DNA of 64,000 nucleotides. Origin: Eledone cirrhosa. Lineage: Eukaryota. The stretch spans positions 51,646,001 through 51,710,000 of the forward strand of contig OZ024747.1 in NCBI GenBank assembly GCA_964016885.1, written 5' to 3'. Position numbers and translations under genes: made by a program. Under the pieces are notes generated by a model. It did not search any database. It had not been told where the DNA came from and worked only from the letters and a program-made list of their open reading frames with translations. This document shows, piece after piece, positions 1 through 13,400 of the stretch (the first letter of the stretch is position 1; the number at the start of each line of letters is the position of its first letter).

Positions 1-39
1 ATGTTATTCACCTCCATCTCAAAATGGTGTAAATGTTGG

Positions 40-345
40 CATTGACTTCCCTATAATAGATGTTGTTGTTGTTGTTGACATTGAGTTTAAATATGTTGTT
101 GTTGGCATTGAGTTTAAATATGTTGTTGTTGTTGTTGTTGACATTGAGTTTAAATATGTTGTTGTTGTTGTTGTTGACATTGAGTTTAAATATGTTGTTG
201 TTGTTGTTGACATTGAGTTTAAATATGTTGTTGTTAATCATATTGCTATCATATGTTGTTGTTCTTGTTGTTGACATTGAGTTTAAATATGTTGTTGTTG
301 TTAATCATACTGCTATCATATGTTGTTGTTGTTGTTGTTGACCTT
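40..345. repeat. Minisatellite: (GTT)n + GACATTGAGTTTAAATAT unit (~30 bp, variable)
   Basis: About 6 tandem copies of gacattgagtttaaatat separated by variable (gtt)n. Confidence 0.9.
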
Positions 346-461
346 GATATTACTGCTATTCTGGTTATTTATACTGTTGTCATATTGTTTGTTATTGCTG
401 TTTGTTTATCTTGACATATTTTATTGTTCTTGACTTCATTGTTATAGATGCAGTTTCTTAT

Positions 462-1135
462 TATTTATATTGTCATAACATTTTTGTTGTTGTTGTTGTT
501 GTTGTTTTATATTGTCATAACATTGTTTGTTATTGTTGTTGTTGCTGTTTTATATTGTCATAACATTGTTTGTTGTTGTTGTTGTTGTTTTATATTGTCA
601 TAACATTGTTTGTTATTGTTGTAGTTGTTGTTTTATATTGTCATAACATTTTTGTTATTGTTGTTGTTGTTGTTGTTTTATATTGTCATAACATTGTTTG
701 TTATTGTTGTTGTTGTTGTTTTATATTGTCATAACATCGTTTGTTATTGTTGTTGTTGTTGTTGTTTTATATTGTCATAACATTGTTTGTTGCTGTTATT
801 GTTGTTTTATATTGTCATAACATTGTTTGTTGCTGTTGTTGCTGTTATTGTTTTATATTGTCATAACATTGTTTGTTGCTGTTGTTGCTGTTATTGTTTT
901 ATATTGTCATAACATTGTTTGTTGCTGTTGTTGCTGTTATTGTTTTATATTGTCATAACATTGTTTGTTGCTGTTGTTGCTGTTATTGTTTTATATTGTC
1001 ATAACATTGTTTGTTGTTGTTGTTGTTGTTTTATATTGTCATAACATTGTTTGTTGTTGTTGTTGTTGTTGTTTTATATTGTCATAACATTGTTTGTTGT
1101 TGTTGTTGTTGTTGTTGTTTTATATTGTCATAACA
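462..1135. repeat. Minisatellite: TTTTATATTGTCATAACATT + (GTT)n unit (~42-48 bp)
   Basis: About 16 tandem copies of ttttatattgtcataaca with variable gtt/gct tracts. Confidence 0.92.
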
Positions 1136-2696
1136 CATCGAGGCGATCGGCACTACACTAAGAGAATATGAGTCGGTGACAGGAGCAATGATCAACCAGG
1201 AAAAGTGGGTGGGCTTGCAGCTACGCACCTGGAGAGGCAGGTCCATGCCGTCCAACAGAGTCGTCGGGCGCTGAACTACGGACCGGTTAAATTCTTAGGG
1301 GTCTGGTTCGGTCCGGTCCTCCAGACGGACAAAAAATGGGACGAGGTGACGAGCAGGGTGGTTTCTCTCACCCAGAAATGGGCAGAGAGGAAGCTATCCC
1401 GGAAAGGTCGAGCGAAGGTGGCGAATGCGTACATCACGACCGTCATCTACTACCGCCTGACCATCGTGCCTTGTCGTAAGCCTCACTTGACTGCGCTGGA
1501 GCATTTGCTCTTTCGCTTTTTGTGGAAGGGACGTGCTCCGATGGTCAGGCGGTCCATCTGCTGTTAACACCCGCTACGTGGAGGGCTGGGCATGCCGTGG
1601 CTGATGATGCGCAGACACGCGCTCAGGCTACGACATCTCCACCTCTTCCTCGACGGTGATCAGGTGTTGTCGCCGTTTGCTAGACGCGTCTTTCCCCAGG
1701 TCGTTTCCTTGACGGAGCTGCAGTCCTGGGTCAAGCGAAGACCGAGAATGAGCGCTTGGAGACTGGAATGTCTTCAGGTGCACAAAACCCTCGACCACCT
1801 TGACGTTCTAGGGGAAACTCTAGGCGTCGACGAAAATCAACTAGCCAATCTCTTCGGAAGAACTTTCGGGCTGGGGCCTATGGACAACTTCCAGAAATCC
1901 CTGGCCGGGCAGTGCTACCGAGGAGCTTTGCCAGTTCGGGATAAACTCTACAGGCATGGAGGTGCCATCAGCCAGGCATATCCGAGATGCGCGCAGGGCG
2001 ACGAAACCGTCCTGCACGCACTCGTCCAGTGTCCAAGCATTGCTGACTTGTGTGTTTATGTCAAACACCTGCTGTCGCGTGTAGGACGGATCCAGCTATC
2101 AGCTGAGCCCATCGTGAGGATTGCCCCGATCTCTTCTTTTAGCCGGGAAGGGCAGGCAATTTTTATCTGTCTGGTGGCCATGGCGAAAGAGATAGTATGG
2201 TGGACGCGTTTGAAAGGGCTGAAGACGAGCACTTACCTCTTCGGTGATGCCCTGATTAACTTTTTCAAATTTCATTTAAAAAGGAAAATCAGTGTAGAGA
2301 GGGAAGTGCTCTCTTCCCAGCATTTTGTTGAAAGATGTGTGAGAGAGGCAAGAATGGCCCGTGTGAATGGGCCTACTCTGAGTATATATCTGTAAATTAA
2401 AGGTGGAAAACTGGGAGAGGGCACTTGCCCTGGTGGTCAGGGTCGCCGTGGCTTTTTTTAATGGGCTTTCTCCACGATGGCCCTCGGAAGTCTCCCTCCT
2501 ATTGGGGAATTTTTCATTGTTTCTTTTTTTGTTACATCCTCTGTTTTTGTATTTTTACACGCAGAAATGCCCATTTATACCGTCCTGTATTGTCATGTAT
2601 TGTCATGTATTGTCCTGTACTGTCCTTAATGTCTTACTTTGTGTAAACCCTTGTGGTCAATAAAGGAAGCATTATTATTATTATTATTATTATTAT
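1134..2696 (+). mobile_element. 5'-truncated, degenerate Tx1/L1-clade non-LTR retrotransposon (RT C-terminus + zinc-binding domain + 3' UTR)
   Basis: Translation gives YESVTGAMINQEK and VKFLGVWFG (late RT motifs), LSRKGRAKVAN, FRFLWKG, GGLGMP and CAQGDETVLHALVQCP (zf-RVT-like); stops and frameshifts present; ends AATAAA + (ATT)n. Confidence 0.85.
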
Positions 2697-3141
2697 TCAA
2701 GTTTCACTTGAATAGGAAAATCAGGGTGGAGAGGCAAGTGCTGCCTTCTAGCAAGTTTGTTGAAAGGTGGGCGAATGTAGCGAGAATGGCCCGAGTGAAC
2801 GGGACCGCTCTGAATATACGCCTGTAGTTTGAGAAATGGAAAAATTGAGAGAGGGCACTGGTGGTCAGAGTGGCCGTGGTCTTTTGTGTGGTTTTCGCCA
2901 CGAGTAACCCTCAGAGGTTTCCCCCCTATTGGGGAATTTTTCATTGTTTCAATTTTCATTTTTATTGTTTATATATATGTTTCTATGTCTTTTTTTTTTC
3001 TTTTCTTATATAAATAATAAAAATCTTTACACGCCGAAAAACCCACATCGTACCGTCCTGTACCGTCTTGTGCTGTCTGTAATGTTTTTCTTGATGTCAG
3101 CCCTTGTGGCCAATAAAGAAATCATTATTATTATTATTATT
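2697..3141 (+). mobile_element. Second, shorter 3' fragment of the same Tx1-like LINE family
   Basis: FKFHLNRKIRVERQVL...ARMARVNG matches the C-terminus of the first copy; same 3' UTR, AATAAA and (ATT)n tail. Confidence 0.85.
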
Positions 3142-3142
3142 G

Positions 3143-3432
3143 TTCTTTGAGTCTCAGTCATTGATGTTGGTTAACTGGAAAGTTTGTTGAAATGAATACC
3201 AAGCCATTACTTGCAGCCTCAGATATTCAGGACGTATCGGAGGGTTCTTGCTGTTCCCAGCAAGCATGCCTTTTGAAGTGTTCCAAAAAGCGGGGTGGGG
3301 CCAATTTTCTTTAACCATCCCTGGAAACTCTTTGAGATAGTACCTAGTGCGCCTATGACAATCGGGACCACTTTGACTTCATGGCAGTTCCAAATCCTTT
3401 TTACCTCCTACTTTAAGTCCTGGTATCGGTTA
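3143..3432 (-). mobile_element. R4/Dong-like (RLE endonuclease) non-LTR element 3' fragment
   Basis: Minus strand encodes KVVPIVIGALGTISK...LQKACLLGTARTLRYVLNI, typical of the R4-clade C-terminus; embedded in (TAA)n. Confidence 0.75.
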
Positions 3433-3464
3433 ATTTTATTATTATTATTATTATTATTGTTATT

Positions 3465-3667
3465 ACTCTTTGAGTCTCAGTCATTGATGTTAGTTAACTG
3501 GAAAGTTTGTTGAAATGAATATCAAGCCACTACCTGCAGCCTCAGATATTCAGGACGTATCGGAGGGTTCTTGCTGTTCCCAGCAAGCATGCCTTTTGAA
3601 GCGTTCCAAAAAGCGTGAAGGGGTCAATTTTCTTTAACCATCCCTGGAAACTTTTTGAGATAGTCCC

Positions 3668-3668
<1 letters not shown>
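3465..3668 (-). mobile_element. Second R4/Dong-like 3' fragment
   Basis: Near-identical to 3143-3340; GTISKSFQGWLKKI...LQKACLLGTARTLRYVLNI; flanked by (TAA)n. Confidence 0.75.
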
Positions 3669-3702
<34 letters not shown>

Positions 3703-3703
<1 letters not shown>

Positions 3704-3910
3704 GAGCGTGGTGAATTGGCGGTGAATTGGCAGTATCGGTAGAGGGTCAGACGCCCTGCTTTGACGCATAGAATTACGGCCCCTGCCATTCTGAGTTCAA
3801 ATCCCGCCGAGGTTAACTTTGCCTTTCATCCTTACGGGGTCGATAAAATAAAGTACCAGTAATGCACTAGGTAATTGCTGGCCTTGTGACAAAAAGTAGA
3901 AACAATTATT
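3703..3910 (+). mobile_element. tRNA-derived SINE (octopus OK-like)
   Basis: A-box-like tggcagtatcgg, B-box gagttcaaatcc, conserved ctttgcctttcatccttacggggtcgataaaataaagtaccagt core repeated about 10 times in the window. Confidence 0.85.
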
Positions 3911-4112
3911 ATGAGCGTGGTGGGTAGGCAGTAATCGGTAGATCATCGTTCAACATGATTTGCGGTATTCAGTAACGACTTTCTACTTTCTATGTTGAAA
4001 TCCCTCCAAGGTAAGCTTTGTAATCCATCTTTCCTAGGTTAATATAATAATGTACCAGTAACGCACTGGGGCCTATTTAATGAACCTTGCCCCCTCCCCA
4101 CTAATTGCTGCC
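3911..4112 (+). mobile_element. Diverged SINE copy
   Basis: Degenerate match to the SINE at 3703-3910. Confidence 0.6.
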
Positions 4113-4199
4113 ACTATAGTAGTCGTTGTTTGTTCTTTATATTGTTGTTACCGTTATTACCGTTATTACTGTTGTTTTTATTGTTGTTTTTATTGTAAC

Positions 4200-5610
4200 A
4201 AACTACTACTGTTGTTGTAACTATGGTTGCAACTATTTCTTATTGCTGTTGTAACGGTTTTTGTTGTTATTGTTGTTGTTGCTGTTGTTGTTGTTATTGC
4301 TGCTGTTGTTGTTGTAGTTACTATTGTTGTTGCTATTGCTGCTGCTGTTGTTGTTGTTACTGTTGTTGATAATGATAAAGGTTCAACATTGTTTGATGAC
4401 TTGCTAGTAATTAATATTAGTATGGGAAAGGTGGTGGTGGTGGTGGTAGTGGTGGTGGTGATGGTGGTGGTGGTGGTGTTTAGTGGTGGGGGGTATCATG
4501 GTGGTGGTGGTGATGGTGGTGGTGATGGTGGTGATGGTGGTGGTTAGTGGTGGTGGTGGTGATGGTGGTGATGATAGTGGTGGTGGTGGTGGTGATGGTG
4601 GTGGTGGTGGTGGTGGTGTTGATGGTGGTAGTGGTGATGGTGGTGATGATAGTGGTGGTGGTGGTGGTGGTGGTGATGATAGTGGTGGTGGTGTTGATGG
4701 TGGTAGTGGTGATGGTGGTGGTGGTGGTGATGGTGGCGGTGGTGGTGTTGATGGTGGTAGTGGTGATGGTGGTGCTGGTGATGGTGGTGGTGGTGGTGAT
4801 GTTGATGGTGGTAGTGGTGATGGTGGTGGTGGTGGTGGTGATGGTGGTGGTGGTGGTAGTGGTGGTGATGGTGATGGTAGTGGCGGTGGTGCTGGTAGTG
4901 GTGGTAGTGGTGGTAGTGTTGCTGATGTTGCTATTGGTGAGGTCTGTATTCCTAATGTTCATGATACTAGCATCACAGTCCTTGACGTTTTTGTTGTTGT
5001 TTCTGTTGCTGCTGTTGATGGTGGTGGCGGTGATGGTGGTGGCGGTGGTGTTGGTGGTGATGGTGGTGTTGATGGTGATAGTGGTATCGGTGGTATTGGT
5101 GGTGATGGTGGTTTGCTGATGTTGCTATTGATGGTGATGGTGTTGATGGTGATGATAGTGGTATTGGTGGTGATAATGGTGTTATTGGTGATGGTGATGG
5201 TGGTGGCGGTGATGGTGGTGGTGATGTTGGTAGTGGTTAGTGGTGGTGGTTAATCATGATGGTGGTGGTGGTGGTTAGTGGTGGTGGTGGTGGTGGTGGT
5301 GGTTAGTGGTGGTGGTGGTGGTGGTGGTGGTGGTGGTGGTGGTGGTGGTGGTAGTTGTGGCGGTGGTTAGTGGTGGTGGTTGTGGTTAGTGGTGGTGATG
5401 GTGGTGGTGGTGGTGGTGGAGGTGGTGGTGGAGGTGGTGGTGGTTAGTGGTGGTGGTGGTGGTTAGTGTTGGAGGTGGTGGTAGAGGTGGTGGTGATTAG
5501 TGGTGGTGGTGATGGTGGTTATTGGTGGTGATGGTGGTGGTGGTGGCGGTGGTTAGTGGTGCTGGTGATGGTGGTGATGGTTAGTGGTGATGGTTAGTGG
5601 TGGTGGTGAA
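4200..5610. repeat. (GTT)n then long (GGT)n/(GAT)n low-complexity tract
   Basis: Direct inspection. Confidence 0.95.
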
Positions 5611-5844
5611 GAGATTAATGAAAATCATCGAAACCAGTATCGGATTTTCAATTGAGATCAAGCAACATCAAGGTTAAGGGTGGCAGGGCGAGGAAGATGA
5701 AGATTAGGAAGAGGAGGATGAGGTGGAGTGGGAGGATGTTGGAGGGGGAGGAAGTGGGGGAAAGTAGGGGAAGTTGGGATTTGTGCTATTTATGGCAATG
5801 ATTCACATAATTACATTGTATTGTCTGTCTGTCTGTCTACGTCT

Positions 5845-6178
5845 AGCTGTATAGGTGTGTGTGTGTATAGGTGTGTGTGTATAGGTGTGTGCGTGTATAT
5901 AGAGGTGTGTGTGTATAGGTGTGTGTGTGTATAGGTGTGTGTGTGTATAGGTGTGTATGTGTATAGGTGTCTGTGTGTATAGGTGTGTGTGTGTGTATAG
6001 GTGTGTGTCTATAGTTGTGTATGTGTGTGTATTTTTTATATAGATATAAATAAACATATGCCAAAACATGTACTTATGAGTATATGTATATATATATATA
6101 TATATATAAAAGCGTGAGTGCAGTGGTGTGTGCACGTGCTTATACATATGTGTGTATATACGCGTATTCATTCATATG

Positions 6179-6263
<85 letters not shown>

Positions 6264-6443
6264 ATATATATATATATATATATATATATAAAGATATATA
6301 TATATATATATATATAAAGATATATATATATATAAAGATATATATATATATATATAAAGATATATATATACATATAAAGATATATATATATATATATATA
6401 AAGATATATATATATATATAAAGATATATATATATATATATAA

Positions 6444-6486
<43 letters not shown>

Positions 6487-6515
6487 TAAAGATATATATA
6501 TATATATATATAAAG

Positions 6516-6546
<31 letters not shown>

Positions 6547-6549
6547 TAA

Positions 6550-6590
<41 letters not shown>

Positions 6591-6593
6591 TAA

Positions 6594-6628
<35 letters not shown>

Positions 6629-6631
6629 TAA

Positions 6632-6680
<49 letters not shown>
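5845..6680. repeat. (GTGTGTATAG)-type repeat followed by (TA)n/AAAG compound microsatellite
   Basis: Direct inspection. Confidence 0.95.
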
Positions 6681-7035
6681 CAATAAAATGTGTGGAATCA
6701 TAAGATGCTCATATATGTCTATGTGAATCCCCAAAAAAAGTCACAGACATTTGAAAGATTTAATGCTTGTTTTATTAGCTTCATCTTTATATTTAAGACA
6801 TTGAAAAGAACTTAGTTTTTTCACCTTCATGTAATGTCATTACATAGATTGTATTGGCAGTTAATAAGCGACTTGACATAATATTTCTTTAATTCTTTTA
6901 TCATTTATTTTACATAAATGCAAAAAGCAAAGAGATTTGTTCAACGACATTTTTTTCCTAGTCGAAAATCCTGTCATTTGAATCATGCTTTGCTTTCTGT
7001 TCATCGTTATATTTATATATATATATAAAACCATA

Positions 7036-7104
7036 TTTATTTCATTATATATATTTCAAGGATACCAAGTTACCTTATGGTATGCCTTCATCAGACAAAA
7101 TACA
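7036..7104 (-). ncRNA. Minimal type I hammerhead ribozyme motif (PLE pLTR family B)
   Basis: Minus strand: tattttgt-CTGATGA-aggcatacca...tggtatcctt-GAAA-tatatATA-atgaaata; related copies at 25611 and 35966. Confidence 0.65.
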
Positions 7105-7955
7105 ATATATAACAGTTTTATAAATAGACATTGACGTACCCCATTAAAAATTGACCGTTGCTTTTGGAGGCCAAAAGCAACGGTCAATTGAACGGAATTG
7201 AACTAACAATCTCACAATTAAGAATACAATTCTCTAATCACTCAGCCACGGGCCTTCATATATACACACACATACCCTCCAAAGCTTGCCACTTCCCCAC
7301 TAAAACATACTTTCGTAAAGACCTTTCACAGATGGGCATGAAGTGTATGCCTATATTTGGACATAGTAGACCCGTGATGACGACAGCTATTTTTACCGCA
7401 AAAACACCGGCGATTCACTTTGGAACAAGCTGTGGAAATTGCAAGAGCTCAGCCGTCGGGGTCTAGACTCTTTCATATTACCACACTCTACTACCCCAAT
7501 TATCGAGTGCTCTGGTGAGGTTTTTACTGCATCCACACACATATATATATATGATGAAATATATACAGAATAGAAATGGCTGTGTAGTTGCTATTTAAGG
7601 TAACTTAAAATATCAGTGGGAATACGAAGAAAGCAAGAAGGGTGGGGGAGGGGGCGTTCCTCATCAATTGTATACTGGGGGTCTAGGATATTTCCACGCT
7701 TTAAAGACAAGATATCTACCGCCCATATATATATATATAATGACAAGGAATGGTATGCCATCCGGAACCTGTTTATAGAATTCTGTCTGCCTTTGTTACT
7801 CTAAAAACAAAAATTAAAAATAAACTATAGCTTTGTAGAATTAGCTTTTAATGAATTCCCTTTTCTATCAACCAATGACCTATACCCATCCCACTCCCCA
7901 CCCTCACCTACCACTTGTAGAGACCTATAAATACCATATTTATTTTTTGATACCC

Positions 7956-8006
7956 AGATTCCTGATGATTTCTAAAGAATGAAACAGTTCTAGTCCTGTG
8001 GAATCT
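7956..8006 (+). ncRNA. Hammerhead-like motif in PLE pLTR remnant (cleavage triplet GUG, probably inactive)
   Basis: agattc-CTGATGA-tttctaaagaat-GAAAC-ag...ct-GTG-gaatct; stem I agattc/gaatct; upstream TATAAATA. Confidence 0.55.
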
Positions 8007-8091
8007 CATCTATATTAAAACTTTTATACTCTGCAATGTATTGAGTACCTTACTTACTGTGGTTACCTCCGATTCAACCCGGAATAACGTA

Positions 8092-8203
<112 letters not shown>

Positions 8204-8329
8204 TGAAATCGAAACTGCAACTGGAGTCTTATTTTTAAAAAAATATATATATTTATTTGGTTCCTTTACCGGTTTCGCAGTTCTACTTTCAAAAGTAGAG
8301 TTGAGATGGAGGGTCTGTGGTTTTTCTCA

Positions 8330-10227
<1,898 letters not shown>

Positions 10228-10359
10228 TATATGTATGTACGTATACATGCATACTTACATTTAAGTAAGTGCCATACTAAGAGTGAGAAATGAAATTTCG
10301 TTTTCATTTTGTTTCAATTTATCGTTTTCGGTATGCCTGACCGATTTAACTCACTCAAT

Positions 10360-10408
10360 ATGCAAATTAGGCTGCTCAGCCGTTAATTTTCATAAGGAAA
10401 GTATATAC
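10360..10408 (+). promoter_or_regulatory. Putative snRNA/U6-type upstream promoter (octamer + TATA) in each array unit
   Basis: ATGCAAAT at 10360-10367 and TATATA at 10402-10407, about 40 nt upstream of the hammerhead; conserved in diverged copies; PSE not verifiable by eye. Confidence 0.5.
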
Positions 10409-10440
10409 TTTCGAACGTTCAACTATCTGGCAGATGGGTA

Positions 10441-10485
10441 AACGGTGCTGATGATAGCTAACAAGCTTGAAACTAGTACATCGTT
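10441..10485 (+). ncRNA. Type I hammerhead ribozyme (representative of 16 identical copies)
   Basis: aacggtg-CTGATGA-t-agct-aaca-agct-t-GAAAC-ta-GTA-catcgtt: intact core, stem I aacggtg/catcgtt extendable to 10417-10503, 4-bp stem II, minimal palindromic stem III (ACTAGT), predicted cleavage after 10478. Confidence 0.9.
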
Positions 10486-13400
10486 CCTGTGTCAGTGTTG
10501 AACAAAAAGGTGACGTGGTTGCCTTAACACCGTATGGCATAAATTCAGGCTGTTCAGTTTGTTTACAAACGAACAAAGCGACGTTATAATAAGCGCCGCT
10601 AAACTGATACGTGCATATATGTATGTGTACCTGTATGCATATGTATGTATATATGTATATATATATATATATGTGCATGCTACTGTACGTCTGTATACAT
10701 ATATGTATGTACGTATACATGCATACTTACATTTAAGTAAGTGCCATACTAAGAGTGAGAAATGAAATTTCGTTTTCATTTTGTTTCAATTTATCGTTTT
10801 CGGTATGCCTGACCGATTTAACTCACTCAATATGCAAATTAGGCTGCTCAGCCGTTAATTTTCATAAGGAAAGTATATACTTTCGAACGTTCAACTATCT
10901 GGCAGATGGGTAAACGGTGCTGATGATAGCTAACAAGCTTGAAACTAGTACATCGTTCCTGTGTCAGTGTTGAACAAAAAGGTGACGTGGTTGCCTTAAC
11001 ACCGTATGGCATAAATTCAGGCTGTTCAGTTTGTTTACAAACGAACAAAGCGACGTTATAATAAGCGCCGCTAAACTGATACGTGCATATATGTATGTGT
11101 ACCTGTATGCATATGTATGTATATATGTATATATATATATATATGTGCATGCTACTGTACGTCTGTATACATATATGTATGTACGTATACATGCATACTT
11201 ACATTTAAGTAAGTGCCATACTAAGAGTGAGAAATGAAATTTCGTTTTCATTTTGTTTCAATTTATCGTTTTCGGTATGCCTGACCGATTTAACTCACTC
11301 AATATGCAAATTAGGCTGCTCAGCCGTTAATTTTCATAAGGAAAGTATATACTTTCGAACGTTCAACTATCTGGCAGATGGGTAAACGGTGCTGATGATA
11401 GCTAACAAGCTTGAAACTAGTACATCGTTCCTGTGTCAGTGTTGAACAAAAAGGTGACGTGGTTGCCTTAACACCGTATGGCATAAATTCAGGCTGTTCA
11501 GTTTGTTTACAAACGAACAAAGCGACGTTATAATAAGCGCCGCTAAACTGATACGTGCATATATGTATGTGTACCTGTATGCATATGTATGTATATATGT
11601 ATATATATATATATATGTGCATGCTACTGTACGTCTGTATACATATATGTATGTACGTATACATGCATACTTACATTTAAGTAAGTGCCATACTAAGAGT
11701 GAGAAATGAAATTTCGTTTTCATTTTGTTTCAATTTATCGTTTTCGGTATGCCTGACCGATTTAACTCACTCAATATGCAAATTAGGCTGCTCAGCCGTT
11801 AATTTTCATAAGGAAAGTATATACTTTCGAACGTTCAACTATCTGGCAGATGGGTAAACGGTGCTGATGATAGCTAACAAGCTTGAAACTAGTACATCGT
11901 TCCTGTGTCAGTGTTGAACAAAAAGGTGACGTGGTTGCCTTAACACCGTATGGCATAAATTCAGGCTGTTCAGTTTGTTTACAAACGAACAAAGCGACGT
12001 TATAATAAGCGCCGCTAAACTGATACGTGCATATATGTATGTGTACCTGTATGCATATGTATGTATATATGTATATATATATATATATGTGCATGCTACT
12101 GTACGTCTGTATACATATATGTATGTACGTATACATGCATACTTACATTTAAGTAAGTGCCATACTAAGAGTGAGAAATGAAATTTCGTTTTCATTTTGT
12201 TTCAATTTATCGTTTTCGGTATGCCTGACCGATTTAACTCACTCAATATGCAAATTAGGCTGCTCAGCCGTTAATTTTCATAAGGAAAGTATATACTTTC
12301 GAACGTTCAACTATCTGGCAGATGGGTAAACGGTGCTGATGATAGCTAACAAGCTTGAAACTAGTACATCGTTCCTGTGTCAGTGTTGAACAAAAAGGTG
12401 ACGTGGTTGCCTTAACACCGTATGGCATAAATTCAGGCTGTTCAGTTTGTTTACAAACGAACAAAGCGACGTTATAATAAGCGCCGCTAAACTGATACGT
12501 GCATATATGTATGTGTACCTGTATGCATATGTATGTATATATGTATATATATATATATATGTGCATGCTACTGTACGTCTGTATACATATATGTATGTAC
12601 GTATACATGCATACTTACATTTAAGTAAGTGCCATACTAAGAGTGAGAAATGAAATTTCGTTTTCATTTTGTTTCAATTTATCGTTTTCGGTATGCCTGA
12701 CCGATTTAACTCACTCAATATGCAAATTAGGCTGCTCAGCCGTTAATTTTCATAAGGAAAGTATATACTTTCGAACGTTCAACTATCTGGCAGATGGGTA
12801 AACGGTGCTGATGATAGCTAACAAGCTTGAAACTAGTACATCGTTCCTGTGTCAGTGTTGAACAAAAAGGTGACGTGGTTGCCTTAACACCGTATGGCAT
12901 AAATTCAGGCTGTTCAGTTTGTTTACAAACGAACAAAGCGACGTTATAATAAGCGCCGCTAAACTGATACGTGCATATATGTATGTGTACCTGTATGCAT
13001 ATGTATGTATATATGTATATATATATATATATGTGCATGCTACTGTACGTCTGTATACATATATGTATGTACGTATACATGCATACTTACATTTAAGTAA
13101 GTGCCATACTAAGAGTGAGAAATGAAATTTCGTTTTCATTTTGTTTCAATTTATCGTTTTCGGTATGCCTGACCGATTTAACTCACTCAATATGCAAATT
13201 AGGCTGCTCAGCCGTTAATTTTCATAAGGAAAGTATATACTTTCGAACGTTCAACTATCTGGCAGATGGGTAAACGGTGCTGATGATAGCTAACAAGCTT
13301 GAAACTAGTACATCGTTCCTGTGTCAGTGTTGAACAAAAAGGTGACGTGGTTGCCTTAACACCGTATGGCATAAATTCAGGCTGTTCAGTTTGTTTACAA

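Noticed and set aside
4227-5253. Gly-/Val-/Thr-rich protein ORFs
   Set aside because: All frames are open because of (GGT)n; no evidence of coding
5260-5600. GGTTAG motifs as telomeric sequence
   Set aside because: Scattered variants within (GGT)n, not TTAGGG tandem repeats
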